Position numbers and translations under genes: made by a program
Notes under the pieces: model-generated
Database searches by the model: none
Seen by the model: only the letters and a program-made list of their open reading frames with translations
What the model was told of the DNA's origin: nothing
Assembly: GCA_001002135.1 (NCBI GenBank)
Contig: LCLP01000001.1
Span: forward strand, 485,368-549,367
Direction: 5' to 3'
Length of the DNA: 64,000 nucleotides
Source of the DNA: Candidatus Pacebacteria bacterium GW2011_GWA1_46_10
GTDB taxonomy: Bacteria > Patescibacteriota > Microgenomatia > UBA1400 > PJMF01
Shown here: piece after piece, positions 34,355-42,808 of the stretch
Position numbering within the stretch: the first letter of the stretch is position 1
Layout of the letters: each line of letters opens with the position of its first letter

Positions 34355-36034
34355 ATGAAATATTCGGCTAACTTCGGTAAAACCCATTACGGCGCACAAG
34401 GTGGTTCTGATTTAATCAGCCACCAATTACTCTTGAAAGGTGGTTTCATCGAGGAATCGGCCGCCGGGCGTTATTTCTTCTTACCATTGGGTTGGCGCGT
34501 GCACGAGAAAATCAAACAGGTGATTAAAGAAGAAATGGATGCTATTGGCGGGCAGGAAATGATCGTGCCGGTCTTGCACCCAATTGAGTTGTGGGAAGAA
34601 ACCAATCGCACTAACTCCGTTGGCTTTGAACTGATGAGTGTTAAAGATCGGCGCGGCGCTAAATTTGCCCTGGGCGGGACCGCCGAAGAGATGTTCGTTG
34701 ATGTCGCCCGCAAACTTCACTTAACCTACCGCGATTTACCTTTCAATATTTATCAATTCTCCACCAAGTTTCGCGATGAACTGCGGGCGCGGGGCGGCTT
34801 GCTGCGCGTGCGTGAATTCATCATGAAAGATGCTTATTCTTTTCACGCCGATGAAAAAGATTTCAAAAAAGAGTACGAAAAAATGGCTCGAGTGTATGCA
34901 AAAATTTTTTCCCGCTTAGGGCTTAAGACGTTGCGCGTTGAGGCTGATAACGGTTACATCGGTGGTGAATACTGTCACGAGTTCCAAGTGGAGTCACCAA
35001 TCGGTGAGGGGAGATTCTTTCAGGCCAAAGACAAATCGTACTGTGCTCATGAAGATGTCGCCATCTTTTACAAGCAGAATAAAAATGTCAAAGAAAAAAT
35101 GAAACCCTACAAAACCGTGAAAGCCGTGCGCGGTAAAACGATGGCAGATGGAGTAAAACTACACAAACTCCCACTCTGGCAACAGATTAAAGACGTTTTG
35201 TACGTCAACGAAAAAGGGGGGTTCATTCTCGCTGTTATTCGCGGTGATTTTGACGTGAATGAAACCAAGCTCCTGCATGTCTCCAAATCCTACCAATTGC
35301 GGCCAGCCACTGATGAAGAAGTAAGAAAACTTGGGAGTTACCCCGGTTTCATTTCACCCGTTGGCTTGGAAAAGAAAGTGATGATCGTGGCCGACGACTC
35401 GCTCCACACGGTACGCAATTGTTATGGCAGTGCTAACAAAAAACACTTGGATGCGATGAATATTAATATTGACCGCGATTTCAAGGCCCATCTTGAGGGT
35501 GACATCGCCATGGCCCAAGACGGTTTTCTTTCCGGTAAAACTCACAGCCCGTTGCAAGAAAAGCGGGGGATTGAGGTCGGCAATATTTTCCAACTGGGCT
35601 ACCATTACAGTAAGCGGATGAAGAACGCCACCTTCATTGATCAGGACGGCAAGGCCAAGCCGTATTACATGGGTTGCTATGGTATTGGTCTCGGTCGAAC
35701 TATGGCCACCGTCGTCGAAAAGTATCACGACGACAAAGGGATTGTTTGGCCAAAAGTCGTCGCTCCTTTCCAAGTTCACTTCATTTCACTCAAAGGCGCT
35801 GAAAAACAGGCACAGGCACTCTACGACCGGTTATTAAAATTCAAGATTGAAGTACTGTGGGATGACCGTGAAGAATCGCCCGGCAAAAAATTTGCTGACG
35901 CTGATCTCATCGGCATTCCCGTGCGCTTGGTCATCTCTACCCGTACAGGCACCAAAGTGGAATGGAAGAACCGTGCCAGCGATAAAACCGAATTACTAAC
36001 CATAGCCCAAGTAATTAATAAGTTAACCGGCTAA
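34355..36034 (+). CDS. proS: prolyl-tRNA synthetase (class II, bacterial type)
   Basis: class II motifs (…FRDELRARGGLLRVREFIMKDAYSF… motif 2; …GCYGIGLGR… motif 3); 559 aa. Confidence 0.93.
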   Translation: MKYSANFGKTHYGAQGGSDLISHQLLLKGGFIEESAAGRYFFLPLGWRVHEKIKQVIKEEMDAIGGQEMIVPVLHPIELWEETNRTNSVGFELMSVKDRRGAKFALGGTAEEMFVDVARKLHLTYRDLPFNIYQFSTKFRDELRARGGLLRVREFIMKDAYSFHADEKDFKKEYEKMARVYAKIFSRLGLKTLRVEADNGYIGGEYCHEFQVESPIGEGRFFQAKDKSYCAHEDVAIFYKQNKNVKEKMKPYKTVKAVRGKTMADGVKLHKLPLWQQIKDVLYVNEKGGFILAVIRGDFDVNETKLLHVSKSYQLRPATDEEVRKLGSYPGFISPVGLEKKVMIVADDSLHTVRNCYGSANKKHLDAMNINIDRDFKAHLEGDIAMAQDGFLSGKTHSPLQEKRGIEVGNIFQLGYHYSKRMKNATFIDQDGKAKPYYMGCYGIGLGRTMATVVEKYHDDKGIVWPKVVAPFQVHFISLKGAEKQAQALYDRLLKFKIEVLWDDREESPGKKFADADLIGIPVRLVISTRTGTKVEWKNRASDKTELLTIAQVINKLTG

Positions 36035-36037
36035 CCG

Positions 36038-36373
36038 ATGGATCGCACCTACAAAAACCTGGTTTTCACCAAACACGCGCTGGAGCGCACCAGTGGGCGA
36101 GTGCTGACCCAAGACGCCATTTATCAAACCGTCACTGCACCTGACAAAACATTTCTAAGCCACGGTAATACCAAATTCATTCGCACAGTCAACAACCGGC
36201 TGATTCATGTGGTGGCAACACCAATTGAAAACCACCAATGGTTGGTGGTGTCTGCCTGGGTAAGAGGGGAAGAGGATCGCGAATCACTCGTGTGGCAACT
36301 GCTGTCATTGCCATTCAAGTTGACTTGGCGCGGCTTACTCGTGATATGGAAATACTTTAAAAAACGAATATAG
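36038..36373 (+). CDS. small protein, DUF4258-like N-terminal fold with hydrophobic C-terminal tail
   Basis: VFTKHALERTSGRVLTQDAIYQTV...RLIHVVATPIENHQWLVVSAWV resembles the DUF4258 pattern; starts 4 nt after the proS stop. Confidence 0.4.
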   Translation: MDRTYKNLVFTKHALERTSGRVLTQDAIYQTVTAPDKTFLSHGNTKFIRTVNNRLIHVVATPIENHQWLVVSAWVRGEEDRESLVWQLLSLPFKLTWRGLLVIWKYFKKRI

Positions 36374-36395
36374 CAAATTTGCTATATTCGTTTTT
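36365..36395 (+). terminator. intrinsic terminator after the typA-proS-DUF4258 unit
   Basis: CGAATATAGCAAA/TTTGCTATATTCG 13-bp stem followed by TTTTT; the stop codon lies inside the stem. Confidence 0.75.
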
Positions 36396-36560
36396 AATAT
36401 ATAAGAAGTTTTAATTCTCCGCAAAAATTGCTGGAAAAAACATAACCTATAACGAAATATTTTTTATAGAGACAAAAAAATTATAGATTTATTCACCAAT
36501 CCTTTTTGCCTATATTTTTTTAGTGAATCACATCATATAGTTCTATCACATCCCGGTGAG

Positions 36561-36595
36561 CCCACTACAACAATCCAAAAGGACGTTGTGGTGGG
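36561..36595 (+). other. 11-bp hairpin (13-nt loop) just upstream of the DHH-gene promoter
   Basis: CCCACTACAAC-aatccaaaaggac-GTTGTGGTGGG; no T-tract follows; sits in a 240-nt AT-rich non-coding stretch. Confidence 0.35.
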
Positions 36596-36616
36596 TACCT
36601 ATTCCCCCACTTCTTG

Positions 36617-36622
36617 TATAAT
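36617..36622 (+). promoter_or_regulatory. -10 box TATAAT 6 nt upstream of ATG 36629 (leaderless-type promoter)
   Basis: cttcttgTATAATgcctgtATGgaa. Confidence 0.5.
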
Positions 36623-36628
36623 GCCTGT

Positions 36629-37504
36629 ATGGAATCCCGTCCGCTGATTGTGACGCATCATGCACCCGACCTCGACGCTGTCACAGCCACTTGGCTGCTG
36701 AAACGCTTTGACGCGCAGCACTTTGCTGATTCTAAAATTGGGTTCGTCAATCCCGGTGAGAAAATGGATCTGAGCGACGCCGAAGAATTGGGCAGTCAAC
36801 TCCATGAAATCGTCTATGTTGATACCGGCTACGGGAAATTTGATCACCATCAACCAAATAAAGCCTTGCAAAAAATTTGCGCCGCCAGCTTAGTTTTTGA
36901 CTATATCTGCGAACAGCATCCCGACAAAAAAACAGACCAGGCCTTGCAAACCATCGTTAAGTTCGCCAACCAAATCGATCATTTTGAAGAAATTACCTGG
37001 CCAGAACCGGAATCGGAGCGAAACTTATTCATGATCCAGGAACTTATCCGCGGCCACGAATACACCGATCCGCACAATGATGACTCCCAAATGCATTTTG
37101 GTTTTCAGTGTTTGGACAATGTCTACGCCACCCTCACCCAACACTACAAAGCGCTCGATATCATTCACAGCAAGGGCCAAGTAATCCCGCTCAAAGAAGG
37201 TCAGGCGTTAGTGCTCTTAACCCGTAATGACGACACTCTTAAAGTGGCCCAAAAACAGGGCTATCTAATGGTCGCCCGCAAAGACCCAAAACTTGGTCAC
37301 ATCAGAATTAAAGTCAGGCCTGACTCACTCTTAGATTTAACTACACTCTATAAACGAATCCTTGAAGTCGATAAAAAAGGGACCTGGTTCCTGCATGGCA
37401 GCGGCAAAATGCTGCTGAACGGTTCAACCAAAAACCGCGATCAAAAACCCAGCCCACTGACCTTGGAACAAATCATTGTTTTAATCAAGGAAACATATGG
37501 TTAA
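36629..37504 (+). CDS. DHH-family phosphoesterase (NrnA/oligoribonuclease-pAp phosphatase-like)
   Basis: motif I THHAPDLDAVTA, motif II VYVDTGY, motif III FDHHQ; start at ATG 36629 (the track's TTG 36614 overlaps the -10 box). Confidence 0.7.
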   Translation: MESRPLIVTHHAPDLDAVTATWLLKRFDAQHFADSKIGFVNPGEKMDLSDAEELGSQLHEIVYVDTGYGKFDHHQPNKALQKICAASLVFDYICEQHPDKKTDQALQTIVKFANQIDHFEEITWPEPESERNLFMIQELIRGHEYTDPHNDDSQMHFGFQCLDNVYATLTQHYKALDIIHSKGQVIPLKEGQALVLLTRNDDTLKVAQKQGYLMVARKDPKLGHIRIKVRPDSLLDLTTLYKRILEVDKKGTWFLHGSGKMLLNGSTKNRDQKPSPLTLEQIIVLIKETYG

Positions 37505-37982
37505 AGACTGTGTCTTCTGTCAGATCGCTGCTGGCCAACTGCCTGCCCACACTCTTTGGGAGGATGACGAGCATCTCGCCTTTTTATCCATTTTCCCCAA
37601 CACTAAAGGATTTAGTGTCGTTGCCACCAAAAAGCATTACGATAGTTACGCCTTTACCGCCGATGACCAAGTACTCAGCCGGTTAATCATCGCCACTAAA
37701 AAGGTCGCACAACTTTTGGATAGTTACTTTGAGGATGTTGTCCGTTGTGGCATGTTTTTTGAGGGGTGGGGGGTTAATCACCTGCACACCAAGCTTTTCC
37801 CGATGCACGGTACCGGCAACCTCAAACACTGGCAAATGATTGAGGACAAACGGATTGACACATACTTTGAGAAGTATCCTGGCTACCTGTCCTCCAACGA
37901 CTCTCACCGAGCTGATGACCAAGAGCTTGCCAAACTTGCTCGTAGTCTTCGCGAGCACGCCAAAAAACTGAAACTATCCTGA
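37497..37982 (+). CDS. HIT-family (histidine triad) nucleotide hydrolase
   Basis: N-terminal CVFCQIAAG...; histidine-triad-like NHLHTKLFP; overlaps the DHH gene stop by 8 nt. Confidence 0.75.
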   Translation: MVKDCVFCQIAAGQLPAHTLWEDDEHLAFLSIFPNTKGFSVVATKKHYDSYAFTADDQVLSRLIIATKKVAQLLDSYFEDVVRCGMFFEGWGVNHLHTKLFPMHGTGNLKHWQMIEDKRIDTYFEKYPGYLSSNDSHRADDQELAKLARSLREHAKKLKLS

Positions 37983-38016
37983 CAAGTAACAAAGAGTGGG
38001 GTACAATACACGCTCT

Positions 38017-38271
38017 ATGGCTATCGTGGTTAAAGCAAAAAAAGGCGAGTCCACCAGTGACCTTATTCGCAAGTTTAAAAAGGCGAGTGTCGCTTCTGGT
38101 TTGGTCCAAAAAACCAAAGATAATCGTTATTACCGCAAACCCTCTAAAATCAGAGCGGAAAAAACTGCCACCTTTAGTCGCCTCAAGCGGCGCGCCCGAT
38201 CACTGAAAAAGATGAAGAATATCCCACCACAAGTGCTGGTGCGCATTAATCAAAAACTGGGGAAAGCCTAA
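38017..38271 (+). CDS. rpsU: 30S ribosomal protein S21
   Basis: AIVVKAKKGESTSDLIRKFKKASVASGLVQKTKDNRYYRKPSKIRAEKTATFSRLKRRA fits the S21 pattern (…ALRRFKR…G…YEKPS…RK…); TACAAT -10 at 38002-38007. Confidence 0.75.
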   Translation: MAIVVKAKKGESTSDLIRKFKKASVASGLVQKTKDNRYYRKPSKIRAEKTATFSRLKRRARSLKKMKNIPPQVLVRINQKLGKA

Positions 38272-38813
38272 TTTTCCTGATGTTTTTTACGCGGCTTAAT
38301 TTTAGCCGTGATCGTAAACTCCCACTGATCACCATCACTGGTGTCAAAGCTATGGGAATGCGTCAATGAGTGATAATTAACCAAATGGTTGCTGAGCGTT
38401 TCCTCCAATTCTTTTTGTTGTTCCCGTAATTCACCAATCTTAGCCTTGAGTGACATTGCTGCCGGATTAGTTTGGAGTTGCGCCTTGCGTTCCTTGACCT
38501 TGAGGTTATGCGTTTCCATCTCAGCCTGCGCTTCGGACAAGGCTGGATCGTTTTCAAACACATCTTTGAGACTAGATCGACTATCCCGCAGTTTGCTCTT
38601 AATTTCTTCCAGTTCCAGCGCGTGCCGCTCAACCAAACTTTGCAAAGAGGTGAGTGTTTCTGCCATTTTATCTGAAGCTGCCAGTTCTTCTTCACTGGCC
38701 GTTTCAGCCGTTTCAGCTGACTGAGCTAATGCCTCCAAAGCTAAATCTTCGCCAGATTTTAAAGCCGCTGGCTTCTGACCGACTGGTAATTTCGCATTAT
38801 TTTTTGCCATCAC
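38268..38813 (-). CDS. coiled-coil protein, hypothetical
   Basis: Ala/Glu/Leu/Lys-rich heptad sequence, 181 aa; downstream of the GT-C glycosyltransferase in the same orientation. Confidence 0.45.
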   Translation of the reverse strand: MMAKNNAKLPVGQKPAALKSGEDLALEALAQSAETAETASEEELAASDKMAETLTSLQSLVERHALELEEIKSKLRDSRSSLKDVFENDPALSEAQAEMETHNLKVKERKAQLQTNPAAMSLKAKIGELREQQKELEETLSNHLVNYHSLTHSHSFDTSDGDQWEFTITAKIKPRKKHQEN

Positions 38814-38855
38814 CTATCCCTTTCTATTGGCTAGTCGCTGTTATAACAAGAGAAG

Positions 38856-40751
38856 TTACTGCGAATCAATGGGTGAAAATACCCGCAATGGATTAACATC
38901 TTTAATCCACAGTTCGCAGAATCGCTGATCAGCTAACTGTTCAACTGCCAACTCTGTCAAATGATTAACGTCAACAAAAGTAGTTAAAACAAAGTGTTGG
39001 CAAAGCGCATCATTGTAAATCCAGAAAATTTCACCGCTGTCCAGTGGTGAGGAAATACTCAATGAATTGCCAGGTTCCAAAGCAAGATCTAACAGCTTGA
39101 TTTCTGCTTCAGTCAACCCTGCCGGAGGACAGTGCGGTTGATTGCGCTCAGTAATTACTAAACCGGTTGTGTTGTTTATTTCAGGAACACACTCATTAGT
39201 AAAAGTGACATTATCATATCGGTATTGACCATGTTGTAGGTTTTGGCGAATATCCGGCAAACTATTGTTATCGACTAATCGATTGTAATTCAAATACGAA
39301 AAAAGCAAAAATTCAGGTTCACTGGTATAGACTGTGATTGATGTGTTAGCTGGTTGACGATGAAGATAGCTTGCCAGCACTCGCTGTTCAAAATACAAAC
39401 CATTAGTTGAGTAGAGCGGATAGCGATAGAAATAATCATAAGTAAAACGAGCAATAAACAAACCATACAAAGCAATGACTCCCCATTTCAACCATTGTTT
39501 TGGTTGCGTGAGTAGCGCAGTCAAACCGATCGCAATCGGGAACAGCATCAGCATATACCCGATCGAACCGCGAAAGATCATCCACTCATTGACCGTGGTC
39601 AACAATCGCGGCAACGGCATAATTAAAAATAAAATTCCCCAAATGAAAGCCGCACGATGCCATTTTTTCCGAGTAAACATCACCCATAAGCCATAAAACA
39701 ACAGTGGCAAATCGATCATATAAAAGAAACCATGCGACCATACCGAAAAAGGGCTTAAGTTCGGCTCACCTAAAATGAATAAAGTGGCAAAATCAAAATT
39801 GGAAACATACCGCTTAATCAAATACTCGCTTAGGGCCTGAAACTTATTGTGAGCAATTGGCTGTAATTGGTTATCCAAGCTTAAACGCCGATCAGTCATC
39901 ACATTACTCACAATTTGATCTTTAAAAGTTTGATCATAAAAAATGGTCTTCTGATTACGCTGGTTGGCGCCTTGTGATGGCAGTAAAACCGCGTACCAAA
40001 AAGTAAACAAACCAAAAGCAAAGATCGCAACAGTCCAGAACAGTTGTTTGGAAATTGTTTTTTGCCAGTGCCAAGCAAAATAAGACCATAGCACTACCCA
40101 CGGCACGATCAAAATCTTATAACCCTGATAATGAAAAAATGACAAAAAGGTAATCGGCAGCACAAGCCATTTATGAGAAAACTTTCTAGCTGTAATAATA
40201 GCTGCCGCTAAAAAAATGAGCCAAATCCCCGGTAAGGGATCAAAGCTCATTCGGCTTAACTGCCAAACCCAAGGATTAAAAGCCGCCACAAACACAGTCA
40301 CCCAACTTATTTTTCTTTCCCGCCAAAGGTTCCAAGCCAACCAGCCAGCCAAAAACGGGAAAGTGATACCTAACACAGCTGGCATAAATCGGCCGGCCAA
40401 TAGTGGATTAGCAAAGAGCCAAAAGCCAGGCAAAAGCGCCAATGTGGTTAATTCCGCATGTTGTGACGTCAGTGGCATTAGCCGCCAAGGATTCCAAGTG
40501 CCAATTAAGTCGCTCCCCGAGAGTAAAAATGCTTTCGCCTGAAGAACATAAACGAGCTCGTCGTAATGAATTCCTGTTGGGATCTGACTGAGTAAGAAAA
40601 AGCGTGAAACAATTAAAACCACCACGAATAATGAAAAGAGAGTTCTCTGAGTAAATGAAAGCGTGAGCCACCAAGTTTTTACTTGTTTTAGAAACACCAT
40701 TATTCCAGTATAAACCTTTGGCGAGCCTCGATCCCGATCATATCGGGACAA
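38856..40751 (-). CDS. GT-C-fold membrane glycosyltransferase (ArnT/PMT-like, GT39/GT83-type)
   Basis: 631 aa; about 11 N-terminal TM helices then a large C-terminal soluble domain; composition typical of dolichyl/undecaprenyl-phosphate-sugar-dependent transferases. Confidence 0.6.
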   Translation of the reverse strand: MSRYDRDRGSPKVYTGIMVFLKQVKTWWLTLSFTQRTLFSLFVVVLIVSRFFLLSQIPTGIHYDELVYVLQAKAFLLSGSDLIGTWNPWRLMPLTSQHAELTTLALLPGFWLFANPLLAGRFMPAVLGITFPFLAGWLAWNLWRERKISWVTVFVAAFNPWVWQLSRMSFDPLPGIWLIFLAAAIITARKFSHKWLVLPITFLSFFHYQGYKILIVPWVVLWSYFAWHWQKTISKQLFWTVAIFAFGLFTFWYAVLLPSQGANQRNQKTIFYDQTFKDQIVSNVMTDRRLSLDNQLQPIAHNKFQALSEYLIKRYVSNFDFATLFILGEPNLSPFSVWSHGFFYMIDLPLLFYGLWVMFTRKKWHRAAFIWGILFLIMPLPRLLTTVNEWMIFRGSIGYMLMLFPIAIGLTALLTQPKQWLKWGVIALYGLFIARFTYDYFYRYPLYSTNGLYFEQRVLASYLHRQPANTSITVYTSEPEFLLFSYLNYNRLVDNNSLPDIRQNLQHGQYRYDNVTFTNECVPEINNTTGLVITERNQPHCPPAGLTEAEIKLLDLALEPGNSLSISSPLDSGEIFWIYNDALCQHFVLTTFVDVNHLTELAVEQLADQRFCELWIKDVNPLRVFSPIDSQ

Positions 40752-40764
40752 TCTCTTCCGTTGC

Positions 40765-40837
40765 TGCGAGCCCGACCGGGATCGAACCGGCGATCTCTTC
40801 CGTGACAGGGAAGCATGTTAACCACTACACCACGGGC
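40765..40837 (-). tRNA. tRNA-Asp (anticodon GUC)
   Basis: acceptor GGGCCCG/CGGGCTC (one G-U), anticodon loop CUGUCAC, T-loop GGTTCGATCCC. Confidence 0.88.
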
Positions 40838-40968
40838 CCCACAGAGGCGCAATTATGCGCTGCGCTACAATGCTTGCGCATTATAGAAAGAAACCGCTGT
40901 TTTCGCCAGTGTTGGTGGAGCAGATTTGCTATACTAAAGCAGTAGTTATTTTTAACAAAGGAGTTTTT

Positions 40969-41556
40969 ATGCCTACGTATTTGTTGATCATTATTGCTTT
41001 GGCAGTGCTGTACGCCATTGGCGTTTACAATTCGCTGCAAACGCTACGGACACAGATCGTGGCCAGTATTCAAGAAATTGGCAACCAATTAAAGCGGCAG
41101 GCCGCTCTGATTCCCAGCTTGATGTCTTCGGTGAAAGGCTATCTAAAGCATGAAAAAGGCATTTTCAAGATGCTGACTGATGCCAGAACGGCCACCCAAA
41201 AAGCTGAAAAGTCAGGTAAGGGCAGTGACATCGAAAAAGCCTTGAGCAGTGTCCAAACCTTGATTCCGAAAATCCAAGTGGCGGTCGAAGATAATCCTGA
41301 ACTGAAGGCTGACAATACTGTCACCAAGTTCATGGACGAACTGACCGATACGGCTGACAAGTTAAGCTATGCTCGTCGCACGGTGATTGATTTGTCACAA
41401 ATGTACAACCAAAAATTGGTGGTCTTCCCTTCAAATATCATTGCTGGTTTATTTGGCTTTAAGCCTGAAAAGGGCTTAGAGACACCGATGTCCGGCGGAC
41501 ACGTGGCCGTCAGTCAACGTGAAACTGAAGACGTCAAAGTTGACCTCGAAAAGTAA
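40969..41556 (+). CDS. lemA: LemA-family membrane protein
   Basis: N-terminal TM, then ...YNSLQTLRTQIVASIQEIGNQLKRQAALIPSL... (LemA signature); start at ATG 40969 preceded by AAAGGAG; the track's longer ORF overlaps tRNA-Asp. Confidence 0.85.
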   Translation: MPTYLLIIIALAVLYAIGVYNSLQTLRTQIVASIQEIGNQLKRQAALIPSLMSSVKGYLKHEKGIFKMLTDARTATQKAEKSGKGSDIEKALSSVQTLIPKIQVAVEDNPELKADNTVTKFMDELTDTADKLSYARRTVIDLSQMYNQKLVVFPSNIIAGLFGFKPEKGLETPMSGGHVAVSQRETEDVKVDLEK

Positions 41557-42461
41557 TGACACACTACCAATTGGTGGCACACAATAAAACCAAATCCGTG
41601 GGGATTATCCTGGGGTTTGTGGTATTTGTCGTGGCAGCCGCCTACGTGATAGTACAGGGTCTGGGGTATGGACTAGATTTGGTCGGCTGGGCATTTATCT
41701 TGGCTGGGGTGACTTCATTCGGCAGTTATTATTTTTCCGACAAAATCATCTTGAGTCTTTCCAATGCTCGAGAAGCTACTCGAAATGAGTTTTTTGACTT
41801 TTACACTGTCACCGAAAACATTTGTCATAGTCAGAAAATACCACTCCCCAAACTCTATATCATTGATGACTCAGCGATGAACGCTTTTGCGACCGGCAGA
41901 GACCCAGAGCATGCCGTAGTGTGTGCCACTACCGGTCTCCTCAACCGACTTGAACGATCAGAGATCGAGGGAGTGATTGCCCACGAACTCTCTCACATCA
42001 AAAACTATGATATTCGTTTAATGTCAATCGTGACAGTCTTGGTTGGTTTATTATCACTGCTGGCTGACTGGGTGCTGCGCATGACTCGCTGGGGTGGGGG
42101 ACGCCGGGACAATCGAGAGAGTGGTCAAATTCAAATTATTCTATTTGTGGCGGGCCTCATCTTGGCTTTACTCTCACCGATCATTGCCCAACTGATTAAA
42201 CTAGCTATTTCCCGCAAGCGAGAGTTTCTGGCTGATGCTGCCGGGGTAGCTATAACTAAGAACCCACGGGGTTTGATCGATGCGCTGGAAAAACTTGGCG
42301 CAGACAGAGAACCGCTGGAAGTAGCCAATAAAGCCACTGCACACTTGTATATCACTAACCCCTTAAAAAATATTCATGGGGCTGTTGGCTTGTTTGCCAA
42401 TCTTTTTGCTACCCACCCACCGATCGACGAGCGCATCAAGGCACTCCAAAGCATAGCCTGA
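41556..42461 (+). CDS. htpX: zinc metalloprotease HtpX (M48 family)
   Basis: HEXXH motif HELSHIKNYD, 4 TM helices, ATG overlaps the lemA stop (TAATG); lemA-htpX pairing is common. Confidence 0.9.
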   Translation: MTHYQLVAHNKTKSVGIILGFVVFVVAAAYVIVQGLGYGLDLVGWAFILAGVTSFGSYYFSDKIILSLSNAREATRNEFFDFYTVTENICHSQKIPLPKLYIIDDSAMNAFATGRDPEHAVVCATTGLLNRLERSEIEGVIAHELSHIKNYDIRLMSIVTVLVGLLSLLADWVLRMTRWGGGRRDNRESGQIQIILFVAGLILALLSPIIAQLIKLAISRKREFLADAAGVAITKNPRGLIDALEKLGADREPLEVANKATAHLYITNPLKNIHGAVGLFANLFATHPPIDERIKALQSIA

Positions 42462-42480
42462 AAAACCTCGAGGCTTCTGC

Positions 42481-42486
42481 TATACT
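42481..42486 (+). promoter_or_regulatory. -10 box TATACT 7 nt upstream of gatC ATG (leaderless-type promoter)
   Basis: ggcttctgcTATACTgccagatATGgtg. Confidence 0.45.
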
Positions 42487-42493
42487 GCCAGAT

Positions 42494-42808
42494 ATGGTGA
42501 AATCTGTGGTGACTCCCAAAGATGTTGAACATATTGCCAAACTGGCAAAGATTCCCGTTTCACCAACAGAGAAAAGAAGCTTCGCCACTGCCTTTGAGGA
42601 AACACTTGGTGTGGTGAATCAACTACGTCAACTTGACGTTACTCAGACGCCAACCACTCATCAAGTAACCGGTCTAGAGAATGTCTGGCGCGATGATGAA
42701 GTCGACGAAACCAAGATGTTTAGTCAACAGCAAGCACTCGCTAACGGTACCAAAGTGCATGACGGTTACTTCATGGTGCCAAGAATCCTGGAGGAAAAAG
42801 ATGTCTAA
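42494..42808 (+). CDS. gatC: Asp-tRNA(Asn)/Glu-tRNA(Gln) amidotransferase subunit C
   Basis: about 100 aa; ...DVEHIAKLAKIPVSPTEKRSF... GatC pattern; precedes gatA. Confidence 0.85.
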   Translation: MVKSVVTPKDVEHIAKLAKIPVSPTEKRSFATAFEETLGVVNQLRQLDVTQTPTTHQVTGLENVWRDDEVDETKMFSQQQALANGTKVHDGYFMVPRILEEKDV

